Source: Candidatus Anderseniibacteriota bacterium
GTDB taxonomy: Bacteria > Patescibacteriota > Andersenbacteria > UBA10190
Length of the DNA stretch: 64,000 nt
Direction: 5' to 3'
Assembly (NCBI GenBank): GCA_016197005.1
Contig: JACPWO010000002.1
Coordinates: 146,178-210,177, forward strand
In this document: piece by piece, positions 9,882 to 18,550 of the stretch
Layout of the letters: each line of letters starts with the position of its first letter
Position numbering within the stretch: position 1 is the stretch's first letter
Notes under the pieces: generated by a model
Databases searched by the model: none
Seen by the model: only the letters and a program-made list of their open reading frames with translations
Told to the model about the DNA's origin: nothing
Made by a program: the position numbers and the translations under genes

Positions 9882-11000
9882 ATGAGTAACAGAGCAAAGG
9901 AGTACATAACTGAACTTCTAAAGGGAGTAGATATTGAGGTGGGAGGCAGTAGGCCCTGGGATATACAAGTACATGATGAGCGCCTTTACACAACCATCTT
10001 GCGACGTGGATCTCTGGGTGTAGGCGAATCGTACATGGATACATGGTGGGATGTAATTGCTCTCGATGAATTTTTCTTTCGTGTTCTGCGAGCTGGTCTG
10101 GAGGAGCGAGTTACATTTAATCCTTTCCTGGCAGCTTTGTTTATTACCAGCTTCTTAGTGAACAGGCAGCGTCAATCCAAAGCATATGAAGTAGGAGAAA
10201 AACATTATGACATTGGTAATGACGTATATACCGGCATGTTGGATAAACGACTTACATATACCTGTGGATACTGGAAACAAGCACATACTTTAGAAGAAGC
10301 ACAGGAAGCAAAACTGGATCTGGTATGTCGGAAAATAGGGCTAGAGAAGGGGATGACGGTGTTAGATATTGGTTGTGGGTGGGGAAGTTTTGCTGCCTTT
10401 GCGGCAGAGAAGTACGGCGCAAAAGTAGTAGGCGTCACTGTATCTAAAGAACAGGCTGCACTTGGTCAAAAAAGAGTTGCTGGATTACCAGTGGATATTC
10501 GTCTTGAAGATTATCGGGAAACGGAAGGATCATTTGATCGCATTGTTTCCTTAGGCATGTTTGAGCACGTGGGATATAAAAACTATCGGACGTATGTGCA
10601 AAAGGCACACTCACTTTTGAAACCAGAGGGTCTCTTCTTGCTTCATTCAATTGGTAACAATAAATCAGTTACAGCGACTGATCCGTGGATAGATAAATAT
10701 ATTTTTCCGAATGGGATGCTTCCTTCTGTTAAACAAATTGGAAAAGCAATTGAGGGGCTGTTTGTTATGGAAGACTGGCACAATTTTGGAGCGGACTATG
10801 ATAAAACACTGATGGCGTGGTTTCATAATTTTAATGTTGCCTGGCCGAATCTTAAGAACGGTTATAGTGATACGTTTTACCGAATGTGGAAATATTATCT
10901 TTTGTCGACTGCGGGAGCATTTCGCGCACGGAAGGTTCAACTGTGGCAGATTGTATTGTCCCCGGAGGGAGTACGCGGAGGATATACTTCAGTGAGATAA
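9882..11000 (+). CDS. cfa: Cyclopropane fatty acyl phospholipid synthase
   Basis: HYDIGND, YTCGYW, VLDIGCGWG, SLGMFEHVG, YIFPNG. Confidence 0.95.
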   Translation: MSNRAKEYITELLKGVDIEVGGSRPWDIQVHDERLYTTILRRGSLGVGESYMDTWWDVIALDEFFFRVLRAGLEERVTFNPFLAALFITSFLVNRQRQSKAYEVGEKHYDIGNDVYTGMLDKRLTYTCGYWKQAHTLEEAQEAKLDLVCRKIGLEKGMTVLDIGCGWGSFAAFAAEKYGAKVVGVTVSKEQAALGQKRVAGLPVDIRLEDYRETEGSFDRIVSLGMFEHVGYKNYRTYVQKAHSLLKPEGLFLLHSIGNNKSVTATDPWIDKYIFPNGMLPSVKQIGKAIEGLFVMEDWHNFGADYDKTLMAWFHNFNVAWPNLKNGYSDTFYRMWKYYLLSTAGAFRARKVQLWQIVLSPEGVRGGYTSVR

Positions 11001-11041
11001 AAAAACCACTTGAGCGAAGTCGCGCAAGTGGTACGAACGTA

Positions 11042-11281
11042 TCACGTGGTGTCCGGCTTTGATGAATGATCTTCGCGGAACTCGATCGTTATTGGGAACT
11101 TCGGTTGGGCACAAAGACGGATCAAAAGTTCGCCGAGCGCTTCTGGAGCCGAATTGCCAAACCCGGTTCCTTCAAATTCAGCTATCTCGGCCGAGAAGCG
11201 ACCGTTTTCGCCGGACTTGGGGCCTGTTAGGATGATGTTCCATTTGTTCGATCGACGATCCGGTGTGGTTGCCTGAATCAT
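11042..11281 (-). CDS. Small ORFan (79 aa)
   Basis: GGAGG SD and TAATG stop/start coupling with upstream ORFan. Confidence 0.55.
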   Translation of the reverse strand: MIQATTPDRRSNKWNIILTGPKSGENGRFSAEIAEFEGTGFGNSAPEALGELLIRLCAQPKFPITIEFREDHSSKPDTT

Positions 11282-11718
11282 TATGCCTCCACTGGCTGAG
11301 GGGAGGGGATAATGCGTACGCGGTAGCGATTGATACCGAATGTTGGTACGCACAATCCCGCGCCCCATTGACTGCAAAGCAAATCGTCTCCTTTGACAAC
11401 TTGTCCGATGACAACAGGATCTTTTGGTTGCTCTGAAGCAAAAACAAACTGCGTTCCAACAAAGGATTCCTGCAGAAAATCTTCAGGCAAGTCCTCTCGC
11501 CTAGGGAAAGCGGAGAATTCAGCGGATGTTACGAGGGTGAGCGGATATCTTTTAATGATTTCCAGTCGTTTTTCTTCTTTCCTTTGTTTTTCTCTTGCCC
11601 GGTGGCTTTCAGCTCGTTCTCGATTGCGGCGCTGAATTTTGCGCACCACCTTTCTGATGTTAACAGCCATTGCCCCAACGAATATCATTGCCAACAGTGT
11701 GACTAACCATGGGTTCAT
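11281..11718 (-). CDS. ORFan with N-terminal TM and charged coil
   Basis: SD CAGGAG; TTGACA upstream (11789-11794, minus strand). Confidence 0.65.
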   Translation of the reverse strand: MNPWLVTLLAMIFVGAMAVNIRKVVRKIQRRNRERAESHRAREKQRKEEKRLEIIKRYPLTLVTSAEFSAFPRREDLPEDFLQESFVGTQFVFASEQPKDPVVIGQVVKGDDLLCSQWGAGLCVPTFGINRYRVRIIPSPQPVEA

Positions 11719-12109
11719 GGCATCTCCTGCTAGAAGTGTTAATTGGAACGAACAGACGTGAGATAGTAATAGGACAAAATCAATTGAATGTCAATGCGTG
11801 TCAAAAAAACCACCACGCTGAGAATATCTCAACAAGGTGGTTATGAACGAGCGTTCATGATGCATCAGTATTGACACGTGACCGAACGAGAAAAATATCA
11901 TGCTCGGTAAAGCTTGTACCGTGAGACAGTAAAAGGGTAGTACGCTTTTTCTCCTTGTTATCCTTCACATAGAGCTTGTTGCGAAGAAAAGGAACTAGTA
12001 GACGTTGACCCACTTCTTGTCTCATGTCTTCCCAAATGGAACCCAATACAATGAGGTCAAAGTCCCTAAGCAACTGTTTACGTTCGCTTAGTTGATATGA
12101 GGTTGTCTT

Positions 12110-13087
12110 TTACGTATCCTGAATTCCTTCCTCGTCTTTTAATGTGTTTAGCAGCTTTTTCAATGTTGTTAAGGCAGTGTCGTCGATGATGGAAACAGGT
12201 ATAACATTCGGATTTATTTTTCGTAATTCTTCCAATTTTTGTTTTACATCATCTGGTTTCGTCATATCAGCATGAGAAAGTAATATATATTCCTTCTTTT
12301 GTAGTAACGCTGGGTTAAATTTCTCCAGTTCAGCACGAATTGTATTGTAATCACGCACAACATCTTCGGACTCAACCGAGACCAAATGAAACAATGTTTT
12401 CGTTCGTTCAATATGTTTTAAAAATCGAACGCCCAATCCTTTTCCGGTAGCAGCTCCTTCAATAATTCCCGGTATATCAGCAATGATGAGTCCGTAATAC
12501 GATCCGAGGTTCGGTTCTAAGGTGGTAAACGGATAATTGCCCACTTTAGAGCGAGCGGCAGTTAATTCGTTCAATAAGCTTGATTTGCCAGCATTGGGTA
12601 ATCCCACCAGCCCGACACTCGCAATAAGACGCAACTCCAAACGAAGTGTCACTTCCTCTCCCGCCTTTCCTTCCTCAAACTGTTTCGGTGACGTATTTAC
12701 CGCCGACCGAAATTTATAGTTACCGCGGCCGCCGCGGCCTCCGGCTGCTATCAGCAGTCGCTCACCAACTTTTGTAATCTCACGAATCTCACCGGTTTCC
12801 ACCGTTATTACCCGGGTACTATTTGGCACGGGCACTATTAAGTCTTCCCCACCATGTCCGTCGGTCAGCTGTCCTAGACCATGATCACCATCAAGGGCTC
12901 GGATTGCTTTACGACTGGCAAGCGGGGTAAGAGCATTAATATCAGCTACTCCCTCGAGATAAATAGATGCACCCCGACCTCCAGAGCCTCCTCGCGGGCC
13001 GAGCGTCATCTTTGTCTTACTAAACTCGACAGCACCCCGACCCCCAGAGCCGGCTTTAAAATGCACTGTTACCTCATCTATTAACAT
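12110..13087 (-). CDS. obg: GTPase Obg/CgtA (no C-terminal OCT domain)
   Basis: Gly-rich Obg fold, GLPNAGKSS, YPFTTLEPNLG, DIPGIIEGA. Confidence 0.95.
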   Translation of the reverse strand: MLIDEVTVHFKAGSGGRGAVEFSKTKMTLGPRGGSGGRGASIYLEGVADINALTPLASRKAIRALDGDHGLGQLTDGHGGEDLIVPVPNSTRVITVETGEIREITKVGERLLIAAGGRGGRGNYKFRSAVNTSPKQFEEGKAGEEVTLRLELRLIASVGLVGLPNAGKSSLLNELTAARSKVGNYPFTTLEPNLGSYYGLIIADIPGIIEGAATGKGLGVRFLKHIERTKTLFHLVSVESEDVVRDYNTIRAELEKFNPALLQKKEYILLSHADMTKPDDVKQKLEELRKINPNVIPVSIIDDTALTTLKKLLNTLKDEEGIQDT

Positions 13088-13149
13088 GTGCCCATCCTAG
13101 CACAACTCGGGTATGAGAATGGTTGAATACGAAAACCTGTCCTAGCCAG

Positions 13150-13404
13150 TTATACTATCTCGCCCTGTATGAGTTTTTCCTTTTTTGCCCGTTTCCAACT
13201 CTTTACTTCAATTTCTGTTTTTCGCGCTACTGACTGATTTGGAAGTTCCGGAGATGTATACACCAATGTAAATGGTCCTTGATTAACGGCCATTCGAGAC
13301 CCTTTTCCAGTATTGTGATCTCGTATCCGTCTTTCTGGTTCCGTAGTTATTCCAACGTAATATCTACCAGTACGAGCTTGCGCGATGTAGAGATACCAGG
13401 GCAT
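13150..13404 (-). CDS. GIY-YIG nuclease family protein (UPF0213-like)
   Basis: YLYI...YYVGIT...RRIRDHN..G; E.EVKSW.R.KK. Confidence 0.88.
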   Translation of the reverse strand: MPWYLYIAQARTGRYYVGITTEPERRIRDHNTGKGSRMAVNQGPFTLVYTSPELPNQSVARKTEIEVKSWKRAKKEKLIQGEIV

Positions 13405-13482
13405 GGAGATAATTGTAGTCCTTCGACGAAGAAGAGTTTACCCTGCGTGGCGATGCGTTTTTTAAGAGATCGCTCTTGGCGA

Positions 13483-13809
13483 CTACTCTAATCCAAACTT
13501 CTGTCTTAATTTCAGGTCTTCTTCTTCAAGTTCTTCCTTGGTTTTTTGTATGCCATGTTCTGTTCTAAACCTCGCCATCTCATCTTTAATTTTTTGATAC
13601 TCTTGTTCACGTATTATCTGCGTGTGGTTTTCAGAGTTGTTCACACGAGAAATACGCTGGTCGGCGCTCGTATCTTTTGCTGCTTGCTTGGCTATTCTCT
13701 TTTCTATCCGCGACCAGTCAGTACTACCTGTTGATTTTTCTGGTTTTTGGCTATCAGAAGGTGTGTCGTTTTCTTCGGGAGTAATCTTTGGTTCCGATTC
13801 AATACCCAT
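13483..13809 (-). CDS. Charged hypothetical protein
   Basis: ORF with TACACT 6 nt before ATG 13809. Confidence 0.55.
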   Translation of the reverse strand: MGIESEPKITPEENDTPSDSQKPEKSTGSTDWSRIEKRIAKQAAKDTSADQRISRVNNSENHTQIIREQEYQKIKDEMARFRTEHGIQKTKEELEEEDLKLRQKFGLE

Positions 13810-13876
13810 GTAAAAAGTGTAATCCATCAAAAGGGGTGAAACTAGTCGCTTAGTTAGCACCAAGCAACTTTATAGT

Positions 13877-13891
13877 GTGGACACGGCGGGA
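13877..13891 (-). repeat. Exact 15-bp copy of tmRNA 3' end (attR-like)
   Basis: GTGGACACGGCGGGA identical to 15230-15244. Confidence 0.85.
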
Positions 13892-14050
13892 TCAAATGCA
13901 AACACCGCAAGTAGTACTTATGAGATAATAGGTGACTTGTTAGTAAGGGTAAGAGAAGCGCTGGAAATATTGCAGATGACATGGATTAGTAAAGAAAAAG
14001 AACCCTTGATGTAATCGCGGGTTCTGCTTGCACCGGCTGAGAAGAGGGAA

Positions 14051-14452
14051 TTACTCCTCCTGCTGTAGAATCCAGTGATAGTCGTTATCGAGCAACGTGT
14101 CGTGGTCACTTGTGAACTCGCCGCCGACTTCCGCGCGAATCTCTTGCAGTCGCTTCATTGCCGCCTTCGCGTCCTTCTTCGAGAATGTTGAGGTTTTCAG
14201 AATGTCACCCACACCCAATCCTGACCTTTTCCGCTTCAGCATCCCGAGGATTATCAAGCGACACCCTCGGTATTCCAACCGCAGCTCCATCAGTCGTTGC
14301 CCTTCCGAGGTTTCTTTGGCCCACTGCAGAAGAGCTTTTTGAAACGTCAGCCGGTTCCGCTCGAAGATTTTATCCAGCCAATCGTGTTCGTAGTCGGAAG
14401 AGAGTACTGCCTCAGCGTTAACCTCAACAGTGATAGTCATATCGAACTTCAT
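14051..14452 (-). CDS. ORFan within tmRNA-associated micro-island
   Basis: 133-aa ORF from MKFD; TTGACA at 14566-14571 (minus strand). Confidence 0.6.
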   Translation of the reverse strand: MKFDMTITVEVNAEAVLSSDYEHDWLDKIFERNRLTFQKALLQWAKETSEGQRLMELRLEYRGCRLIILGMLKRKRSGLGVGDILKTSTFSKKDAKAAMKRLQEIRAEVGGEFTSDHDTLLDNDYHWILQQEE

Positions 14453-14572
14453 TGGAGAACCCTTTTGTAGAGTGGTTTGCCTCTTGCCTAACACACGTTA
14501 AGCCGTAGGTTTGTTGCTGGAAAGAACCATCCTTAACGAATAATAAAACTCTTAAATTTAAATTGTGTCAAG

Positions 14573-14588
14573 TGGTGGACATGACGGG
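14573..14588 (-). repeat. Degenerate copy of tmRNA 3' end (attR-like)
   Basis: TGGTGGACATGACGGG vs TGGTGGACACGGCGGG (15228-15243), 14/16 identical. Confidence 0.7.
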
Positions 14589-14718
14589 CGTATCTTCAGA
14601 ACCATTCTTGATAAAATATTGCAATGGCATGAATTTTTGGTAAAGAAAACCCAGCTAGCCGAAGCTAAACTGGGGTAATGATGGTGGTCAGTTTCCACCG
14701 GGTTATTTAAGCAGTGAC

Positions 14719-15141
14719 CTACTCGCTTTTAGCGAGTTGCGTTTCCAAGCGGGCGATCTCGATTTCGAGTTGTTCGGGGCTCATGTCCTGAAGTCGGTCG
14801 AACATCGCGATTTCGAATGGATCATCGGGATTCACGCAGTTCTCACGGTAGTGTTCACGGCGTTTATCCTCGGCGACTTCCGCGGCGGTGAGACCAGAAG
14901 CGATCAACGTCTCGTTCTCGTCGCAGCCGACACTTTGCTCGCCAGTGAGATTCCAGTAAAGGTCCCACTGACCGAGTTTCCCTGGACGAAGTTGTCCGAA
15001 CTCGTAGCCGACGTTTTCCTTCGTCGTGTAGACGTTGAACCAATACAGCGTCTCTGCAGACAAATGACCTTCGATTGCTCGGCGTTGAGTCATCCAGAAT
15101 CTAAAGAACTGCTCCCTCTCCTCTACGGTTATTTCTTTCAT
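14719..15141 (-). CDS. ORFan within tmRNA-associated micro-island
   Basis: 140-aa ORF from MKEITV with its own promoter. Confidence 0.65.
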   Translation of the reverse strand: MKEITVEEREQFFRFWMTQRRAIEGHLSAETLYWFNVYTTKENVGYEFGQLRPGKLGQWDLYWNLTGEQSVGCDENETLIASGLTAAEVAEDKRREHYRENCVNPDDPFEIAMFDRLQDMSPEQLEIEIARLETQLAKSE

Positions 15142-15196
15142 GGCGGAGATCCTAGAACTGAAATGGGTGGAGTGTGAGAGTAAAGAACGTGCCGTT

Positions 15197-15225
15197 ATAT
15201 TAGCACGTAAATTATTATTTGTCAA
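15197..15225 (-). promoter_or_regulatory. Sigma70-type promoter immediately after tmRNA CCA
   Basis: TTGACA-17 nt-TAATAT on minus strand. Confidence 0.7.
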
Positions 15226-15227
15226 AT

Positions 15228-15627
15228 TGGTGGACACGGCGGGAATTGAACCCGCGTCTGAAACGCGATTACTCAATCTTCTACGCGCGTAGCTGTTCTA
15301 GTGATACTCACCGCAAAGCAGCAGAACAGCAAAGCCTTTGTTGTGAGTGAGATAGTGCAAGTCAACTAATACGTATCTCAGCCGTATCAGTTCAATCCGT
15401 CTAGGTTGACACCGTGATAGTGCGCGACGGATCGCACCAGACGATGGCTATAGGTTTTAAGCTACAGCGAACGCGAACGAAGGGGTGAGTGCAGATGCAA
15501 TCGCCGTCTTCGCGCGGTTAAACAAGTTTGCACGTGACTTGATGAGCTACTGGTATTTACGAGTGTATAACTCTTCACTCGGCGCGCTGATTGTGTAAAA
15601 AACATTCCATCGAAGCCTGTCATGCCC
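15228..15627 (-). ncRNA. ssrA: tmRNA; predicted tag (A)NLFNRAKTAIASALTPSFAFAVA* at 15531..15457
   Basis: 5' GGGCATGACAGGCTTCGA, 3' GCGGGTTCAATTCCCGCCGTGTCCACCA, G3:U70, resume codon GCA, adjacent to smpB. Confidence 0.95.
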
Positions 15628-15677
15628 AGTACCTATTTGAATTGCTTCCAATAGTTGTGGGGCAGCCCACACTTCTT

Positions 15678-16136
15678 TTAAAGATCTCGTCCGGCGAGAA
15701 GTCGCTGCGTTTCTCGGTCAAGATCTTTCTCTTTCTTTTGCTGCTTCTTTTCATACTTACGTTTCCCGCGAGCGAGTCCTACCGCAAGCTTTATTCGACC
15801 ACGCTTAGTATAGACACGAAGTGGTATAATTGTCAATCCTTGGGAGGATTTAGATCCAATCAAACTTTTAAGTTCTGATTTTTTAATGAGGAGGCGACGG
15901 GGACGAGAAGGGTCATACGTAGCCGGGGCATTGGCAATTTGCCATGGAGGAATAACCGCATTGGTGAGCCATGCTTGTTCATCATGAATAGTGACAAAAG
16001 CCCCTTTTAGACTGATATTCCCGCTTTTTACTGACTTTACTTCAGTGCCGAGCAATTCTAACCCAGCCTCGAGGCTTTCGAGGACTTCGTAGTCAAATCG
16101 GGCTCGTTTATTAATTGCTAAGCTCTTTTGGGGCAT
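15678..16136 (-). CDS. smpB: SsrA-binding protein SmpB
   Basis: NKRARFDY, EAGLELLGTEVKS, RGKRKYEKK. Confidence 0.96.
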   Translation of the reverse strand: MPQKSLAINKRARFDYEVLESLEAGLELLGTEVKSVKSGNISLKGAFVTIHDEQAWLTNAVIPPWQIANAPATYDPSRPRRLLIKKSELKSLIGSKSSQGLTIIPLRVYTKRGRIKLAVGLARGKRKYEKKQQKKEKDLDRETQRLLAGRDL

Positions 16137-16181
16137 ATATAGGGCTAGTATGCCTGTTTTTAGGCCTTTCTGGAATCTATG

Positions 16182-16210
16182 TTGACAAATAATCATATTA
16201 GTGATATCTT
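16182..16210 (+). promoter_or_regulatory. Sigma70-type promoter for ORFan
   Basis: TTGACA-17 nt-TATCTT. Confidence 0.6.
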
Positions 16211-16308
16211 AGGGTTTGCCAATGGTTGGCATTACCGCTGTTTCTGAATGTTCTTTTGGAAAAGCGGTCTCCATTACTGAACGTGCAAACAAGGCACAGG
16301 AGATTTCG

Positions 16309-17034
16309 ATGCGTAACATGTCTCAAGTGCGTATGGCCTGTCGGGCACTTACGGAGTTTGATGCCCGCTGCCGCAACTATGTGAATGGCTGCGGGAAATG
16401 CTCGGGGCACGAGGGAAAGCCCGATGTGGGTATCGCCCCGCTTCTGCTGCTGACGTTCTCGCTCAGTGGCAAAAAGCTCCGAGCATTCAAGGACCAGCCC
16501 GATCTCCGTGTCTGGAATCGGGACCTTGAAAAGAAACTCAGCGTCCGCCAGCGCCACATCGACGAAGCGGAACGCCTCGGAAGAAAAGCTGAGGGCGTCT
16601 ACGGCCAAGGTCGAGTCGACAGTGGGGTACTTGTCTTCAAGGACATGCAAACGGATCCCACGGTCCAAGTCGTCACCGTTGATCATCTGTGGCGCTCAGA
16701 ACTCGAGGAGGCGGGTTACCGACTCATCGATGTTCATGTCGAAGAAGACGAGAAACAACCGAAAGGCCGGTTGGTCATCCGCTATCTCGACCCGGAGCAG
16801 GTGGAGTTCTCTCCTGAGATCGGTCAGGAAATCTCCCACACAACCCGTGGGATGATTGATGACCTCCTCCAGGCTTCGTTCAAATACGCCTGGATCTACT
16901 CGAACCACCCCAACCGGTCCGGCTTGAGAAACGATACGCTGAACATGCGGGAGCGTCTGACCGACGGCGTCCCGAGTGGTCTCCCGTCTCCGGCCCGTCT
17001 CGTCGTTGATGGAGGTTGCTGGAACTTGGAATAG
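16309..17034 (+). CDS. GC-rich ORFan (241 aa) with N-terminal Cys cluster
   Basis: SD CAGGAG before ATG 16309; visibly higher GC3 than neighbours. Confidence 0.65.
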   Translation: MRNMSQVRMACRALTEFDARCRNYVNGCGKCSGHEGKPDVGIAPLLLLTFSLSGKKLRAFKDQPDLRVWNRDLEKKLSVRQRHIDEAERLGRKAEGVYGQGRVDSGVLVFKDMQTDPTVQVVTVDHLWRSELEEAGYRLIDVHVEEDEKQPKGRLVIRYLDPEQVEFSPEIGQEISHTTRGMIDDLLQASFKYAWIYSNHPNRSGLRNDTLNMRERLTDGVPSGLPSPARLVVDGGCWNLE

Positions 17035-17067
17035 GAAGTCATCGTGACCCCCCTGCCGAGTTCAACA

Positions 17068-17109
17068 CCCCGCGCTTACCTTCTTGGTGAGTGCGGGTTT
17101 TCTTTTTTT
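17068..17109 (+). terminator. Intrinsic terminator
   Basis: CCCGCGCTTACC/GGTGAGTGCGGG hairpin followed by T-tract. Confidence 0.75.
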
Positions 17110-18517
17110 ATATCTCTCCTTCCACAACTCTTCTCTGGGTCGGAGGTTCTAGTTTTTCTAACGTAGCTGTCACTGAACCAGCACCAACTTCTTTTTTGGC
17201 ATCAATGTCAGTGGCCTCTACCCACGTTGGGATTGGGTTGCCGCCATGTAATCGGAAGAGAAACATGAGAAAAGTAGTAGCGTAAACTGCTTTCGGAAGA
17301 GAAAAGTTAACTACCACAATTTTTTTGTTACTAATCGCATGTCCGTGTATTTGGGGCGTAATCCACGGTGGAATAGTACGAGAGCGTCTCCGTAAAAATG
17401 GGTATGGGCGTAGGTGTTCCTGGTAATCCTTGGTATTGTCTCGCTCGAGATAATAGTCAAACAAACGATCTGCCTCATCACTTGTCTGCGGAAGAGGAAG
17501 GGGATCGGGAGAAGTAACTTGCCCAGCCATGGCTTGAGATAGAAATTGGTTAACGAGAAAACTACCGTAGCTATAAAACCAGAATCGTACTTGATCCTGA
17601 ATAGCTAGAAGAGCCTGAGTGGGACGATCGCCAGCTATGAGTGCATCAAGCAGTAGACGTTCGTGCCGAAACTTATATGGCAAGATATCAAATGTTTTTT
17701 TCATCTTCTGCCAATCACCATATGATTCTTTCGCTTTAACTCGCATAGATTTGTAAATCGGAACATCAAATGGACTAGTGCCAACCAAAAACGCCCGAAT
17801 GGCTTCTTCTGGTTTTCCTTGCGACAACAGCAAACCAAGATGCGGGTTAATGAGTCTATGTCCAAATCGCTGAGTGCCAAAGAAATTTGGAAATCCATCT
17901 TTTCCCAGCTTTTGTAGCGACTCCGAGAATGCTTGCTCATCAATATCTTGTTCTGTTCTGACGGTGATGGTAAATCGGTTACCAACCAGTTGCCCGGGAG
18001 ATATGGCTCCTTTGCCAATTTGTTTGGGTTTAATAAAGAAGTGGCTTTTGGGAAGTGCATTGAGTTTTTCAACAGTAGTACCGCGAATACTTACTCGCTG
18101 GCTGGTGAGGGCTCTCCCATCCTTCATCCCGGCATAGCCGACTTTCTGTGGTGAGATACCTACTTGAGAAGAAAGCTGGTTAATGGCTTCAAATGTACCA
18201 ATGCCAATTTTTACTAAGTCAGCATAAATAGTTTCTCCTTCAGATATCTCTTGAGTAAAAGGTTCTGTCGATGGGTCTATCGTAGTTTGGTCACCTTCTC
18301 CTTTTAATTCCTCAACAATAAAGTCTTGGGGATAGTAGCGAAGGTAGCCGGTTAACGAAGGATTAACCCCAGTAATACCAACATATTGCAAAGCGGTAGC
18401 TGGATCATACTGCGAGGAACGCACCATTTGATCTGGGTATTTTTTTGCCAGTTTTTCGTAGTTCTCCTGCTCCAATTTGAATAGCTCGGACTCACTTACT
18501 TGTTCCTTTTTGTCCAT
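17108..18517 (-). CDS. truD: tRNA pseudouridine(13) synthase TruD
   Basis: DFIVEE, YAGMKDGRALTSQ, GNRFTI, FPNFFGTQRFG, FSLPKAVYAT. Confidence 0.92.
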   Translation of the reverse strand: MDKKEQVSESELFKLEQENYEKLAKKYPDQMVRSSQYDPATALQYVGITGVNPSLTGYLRYYPQDFIVEELKGEGDQTTIDPSTEPFTQEISEGETIYADLVKIGIGTFEAINQLSSQVGISPQKVGYAGMKDGRALTSQRVSIRGTTVEKLNALPKSHFFIKPKQIGKGAISPGQLVGNRFTITVRTEQDIDEQAFSESLQKLGKDGFPNFFGTQRFGHRLINPHLGLLLSQGKPEEAIRAFLVGTSPFDVPIYKSMRVKAKESYGDWQKMKKTFDILPYKFRHERLLLDALIAGDRPTQALLAIQDQVRFWFYSYGSFLVNQFLSQAMAGQVTSPDPLPLPQTSDEADRLFDYYLERDNTKDYQEHLRPYPFLRRRSRTIPPWITPQIHGHAISNKKIVVVNFSLPKAVYATTFLMFLFRLHGGNPIPTWVEATDIDAKKEVGAGSVTATLEKLEPPTQRRVVEGEI

Positions 18518-18550
18518 AGGTAATTCCAGTGTATCCTTTATAATCACATT

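Noticed and set aside
11855-12073. 72-aa minus-strand ORF downstream of obg
   Set aside because: Weak start and no motif; could be another ORFan but cannot be supported
13418-13482. REP-like fragments beside the GIY-YIG gene
   Set aside because: Degenerate and not repeated in the window
15142-15276. N-terminal extension of ORF 14719..15276
   Set aside because: Runs through the tmRNA 3' end and the promoter
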